DNA of 64,000 nucleotides from assembly GCA_010093815.1 (NCBI GenBank), contig ML996580.1; one strand, written 5' to 3'. This stretch comes from Pseudovirgaria hyperparasitica (Eukaryota). Below the pieces are notes generated by a model. It did not search any database, was not told the DNA's origin, and was given only the letters and a program-made list of their open reading frames with translations. Shown piece after piece: positions 62,552-64,000 of this stretch (position 1 is its first letter; each line of letters opens with the position of its first letter). A program made the position numbers and the translations under genes.

Positions 62552-64000
62552 TCAAGCCCTCTCCTCGCCCCTAGCGGGCACAACCTCGACACGCTCGGCA
62601 TGCTTCGTTGCTCCGAGCTTCTCATTGAGTGAAAGGTCATGCGGATCGACACCCCGGGCAGCAGCGTCAGCTTCCACGTTCTTAACCAATTCGGTCACAC
62701 CGAAAAGATCGTCCATCCTTTCAAGCGCGAGACCCTTCGTCTCAGGAATAAAAAACCACACAAAGACAAACATGGAGAAACAGAATGAGCCATAGATGAA
62801 GAATGTACCATATCCGTTCTTCCCCACAGTCGCCATCATGGTCAGCGTCGCGCGCCCAACGACGAAATTGAACAGCCATTGTGTTGCCGCAGCAATTGCG
62901 ACATTCAGCGATCTTAGTCGCGCAGCAGGTATTTCTGACACGTAGATCCAACATACCGGGCCCCAGCCAAACTGGAAAAAGGCAGCAAAGAGGAAGACGC
63001 AAACGAGTGCAACATATCCAGCAGGTGGTACGGATTCTCCTTCGACCTGATTCGAAATGCGGAGGTATAGCGCGATATAGAACATGGCCGTGCCTTGCGC
63101 AATGGATGTCCAGAGGAGCGATTTTCGGCGGCCGAGAGAGTCGGCAGCAAAGAGGAGAAACGCGGCACAAGTTGTCATCTTGACGACACCATAGATTCCA
63201 GTAGCGAAGAGACCAGTTTTCACACCTACGATTCCAAGCTGTTTGAAGATCTGAGGGGCATAGTAATCTTGAAAATGTTACTACTGTGTAATCTTTGGAA
63301 TGCATGTGCAAAACGACTGAAACTTACTAATCGCATTTGTTCCGGTCATTTGTTGGCATATCATCAGAACAATCGATATGATAGCACGCTTTCGATTCCC
63401 AGGAATTGTCCACATCTCCCTCAGAAGATCCATGACAGATGCACCACCAATAAGCATACGTTCGTGGTCAAGCTGAGCCTGTATGTCTGCCAATTCGTTT
63501 TGGATGTATGGATGTGTCGTAGGCAAATGTCGAACTCGGGCGAGAACTTTGCAAGCCTCATCCCAGCGATCAGCCTTTGCTAGCCAACGGGGCGATTCCT
63601 TGTTCAAGAACATAGTAACGATCAGTAGGACAGCTGGCAGGGCCTGGATAGTAAGAGGTGCGATGTAGGTAGCACTTCCTGTCATATGCAAGATGCATCC
63701 ATAATTCACCCAGAAGGCCAACATGGTTCCAGTCGCAATCTATTGACATGATTAGAAGATGCTCTAGAGAATGATGAATTACTGGGGTCATACGAAAAGC
63801 TGGTAAATACCAGTCAGACCGCCACGGATCGCCCGTGGAGCATTTTCTGAGATGTAGAGAGGGACAGCCATAGATGCGGCACCCACGCCAAACCCAGCGA
63901 TCAAGCTAAGAACGAGTAAGTTCCTGGTATACCTAGACTTCTGCTGGTGCTTACCGGCCAATATACATGACTGCAATGTGGCCGAAGCCACATGCCTGCA
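62552..64000 (-). CDS. MFS sugar-porter family transporter, quinate permease-like; 5' end lies beyond the window
   Basis: [67 protein letters not shown]. Confidence 0.92.

Noticed and set aside
1..64000. Numerous 60-190 aa antisense or alternate-frame ORFs overlapping called genes; RNA genes
   Set aside because: Shadow ORFs of real CDSs; no tRNA or rRNA pattern recognised by eye (tRNAscan-SE/Infernal would be decisive)

Overview
Eukaryotic, intron-containing DNA from a filamentous ascomycete (Pezizomycotina-type genes; short GT..CTRAC..AG introns). I can support 28 protein-coding genes plus one pseudogene; all exon/intron models were read by hand. Housekeeping or recognisable genes: CYT-18-type mitochondrial TyrRS, Nop7, Gab1, WDR6/Trm734, Spt5, Rpl34, Leu3/LeuB, Vtc2/3, Atg37-like ACBP and Swp1. 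Metabolic or secreted genes: single-barrel Met synthase-like enzyme, GH36 raffinose synthase-like, Ctr copper transporter, dienelactone hydrolase, SKL-ending flavocytochrome b2-like, S41 peptidase, Nudix hydrolase, secreted lysozyme-like protein and a partial sugar/quinate porter. The standout is a head-to-tail array of five diverged paralogous two-exon genes at 15.9-20.6 kb, not resolved by the ORF track. They share an intron position, a small HTH/Myb-like core with a variable last helix, and histone-H1-like charged tails. Also notable: a secreted metalloprotease-like protein lacking the catalytic Glu, a hidden 80-aa acidic microprotein, an MFS pseudogene with RIP-like damage, and a 15-bp G/T-rich minisatellite around an assembly gap. 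I found no rRNA, tRNA, CRISPR array or intact transposon by eye.
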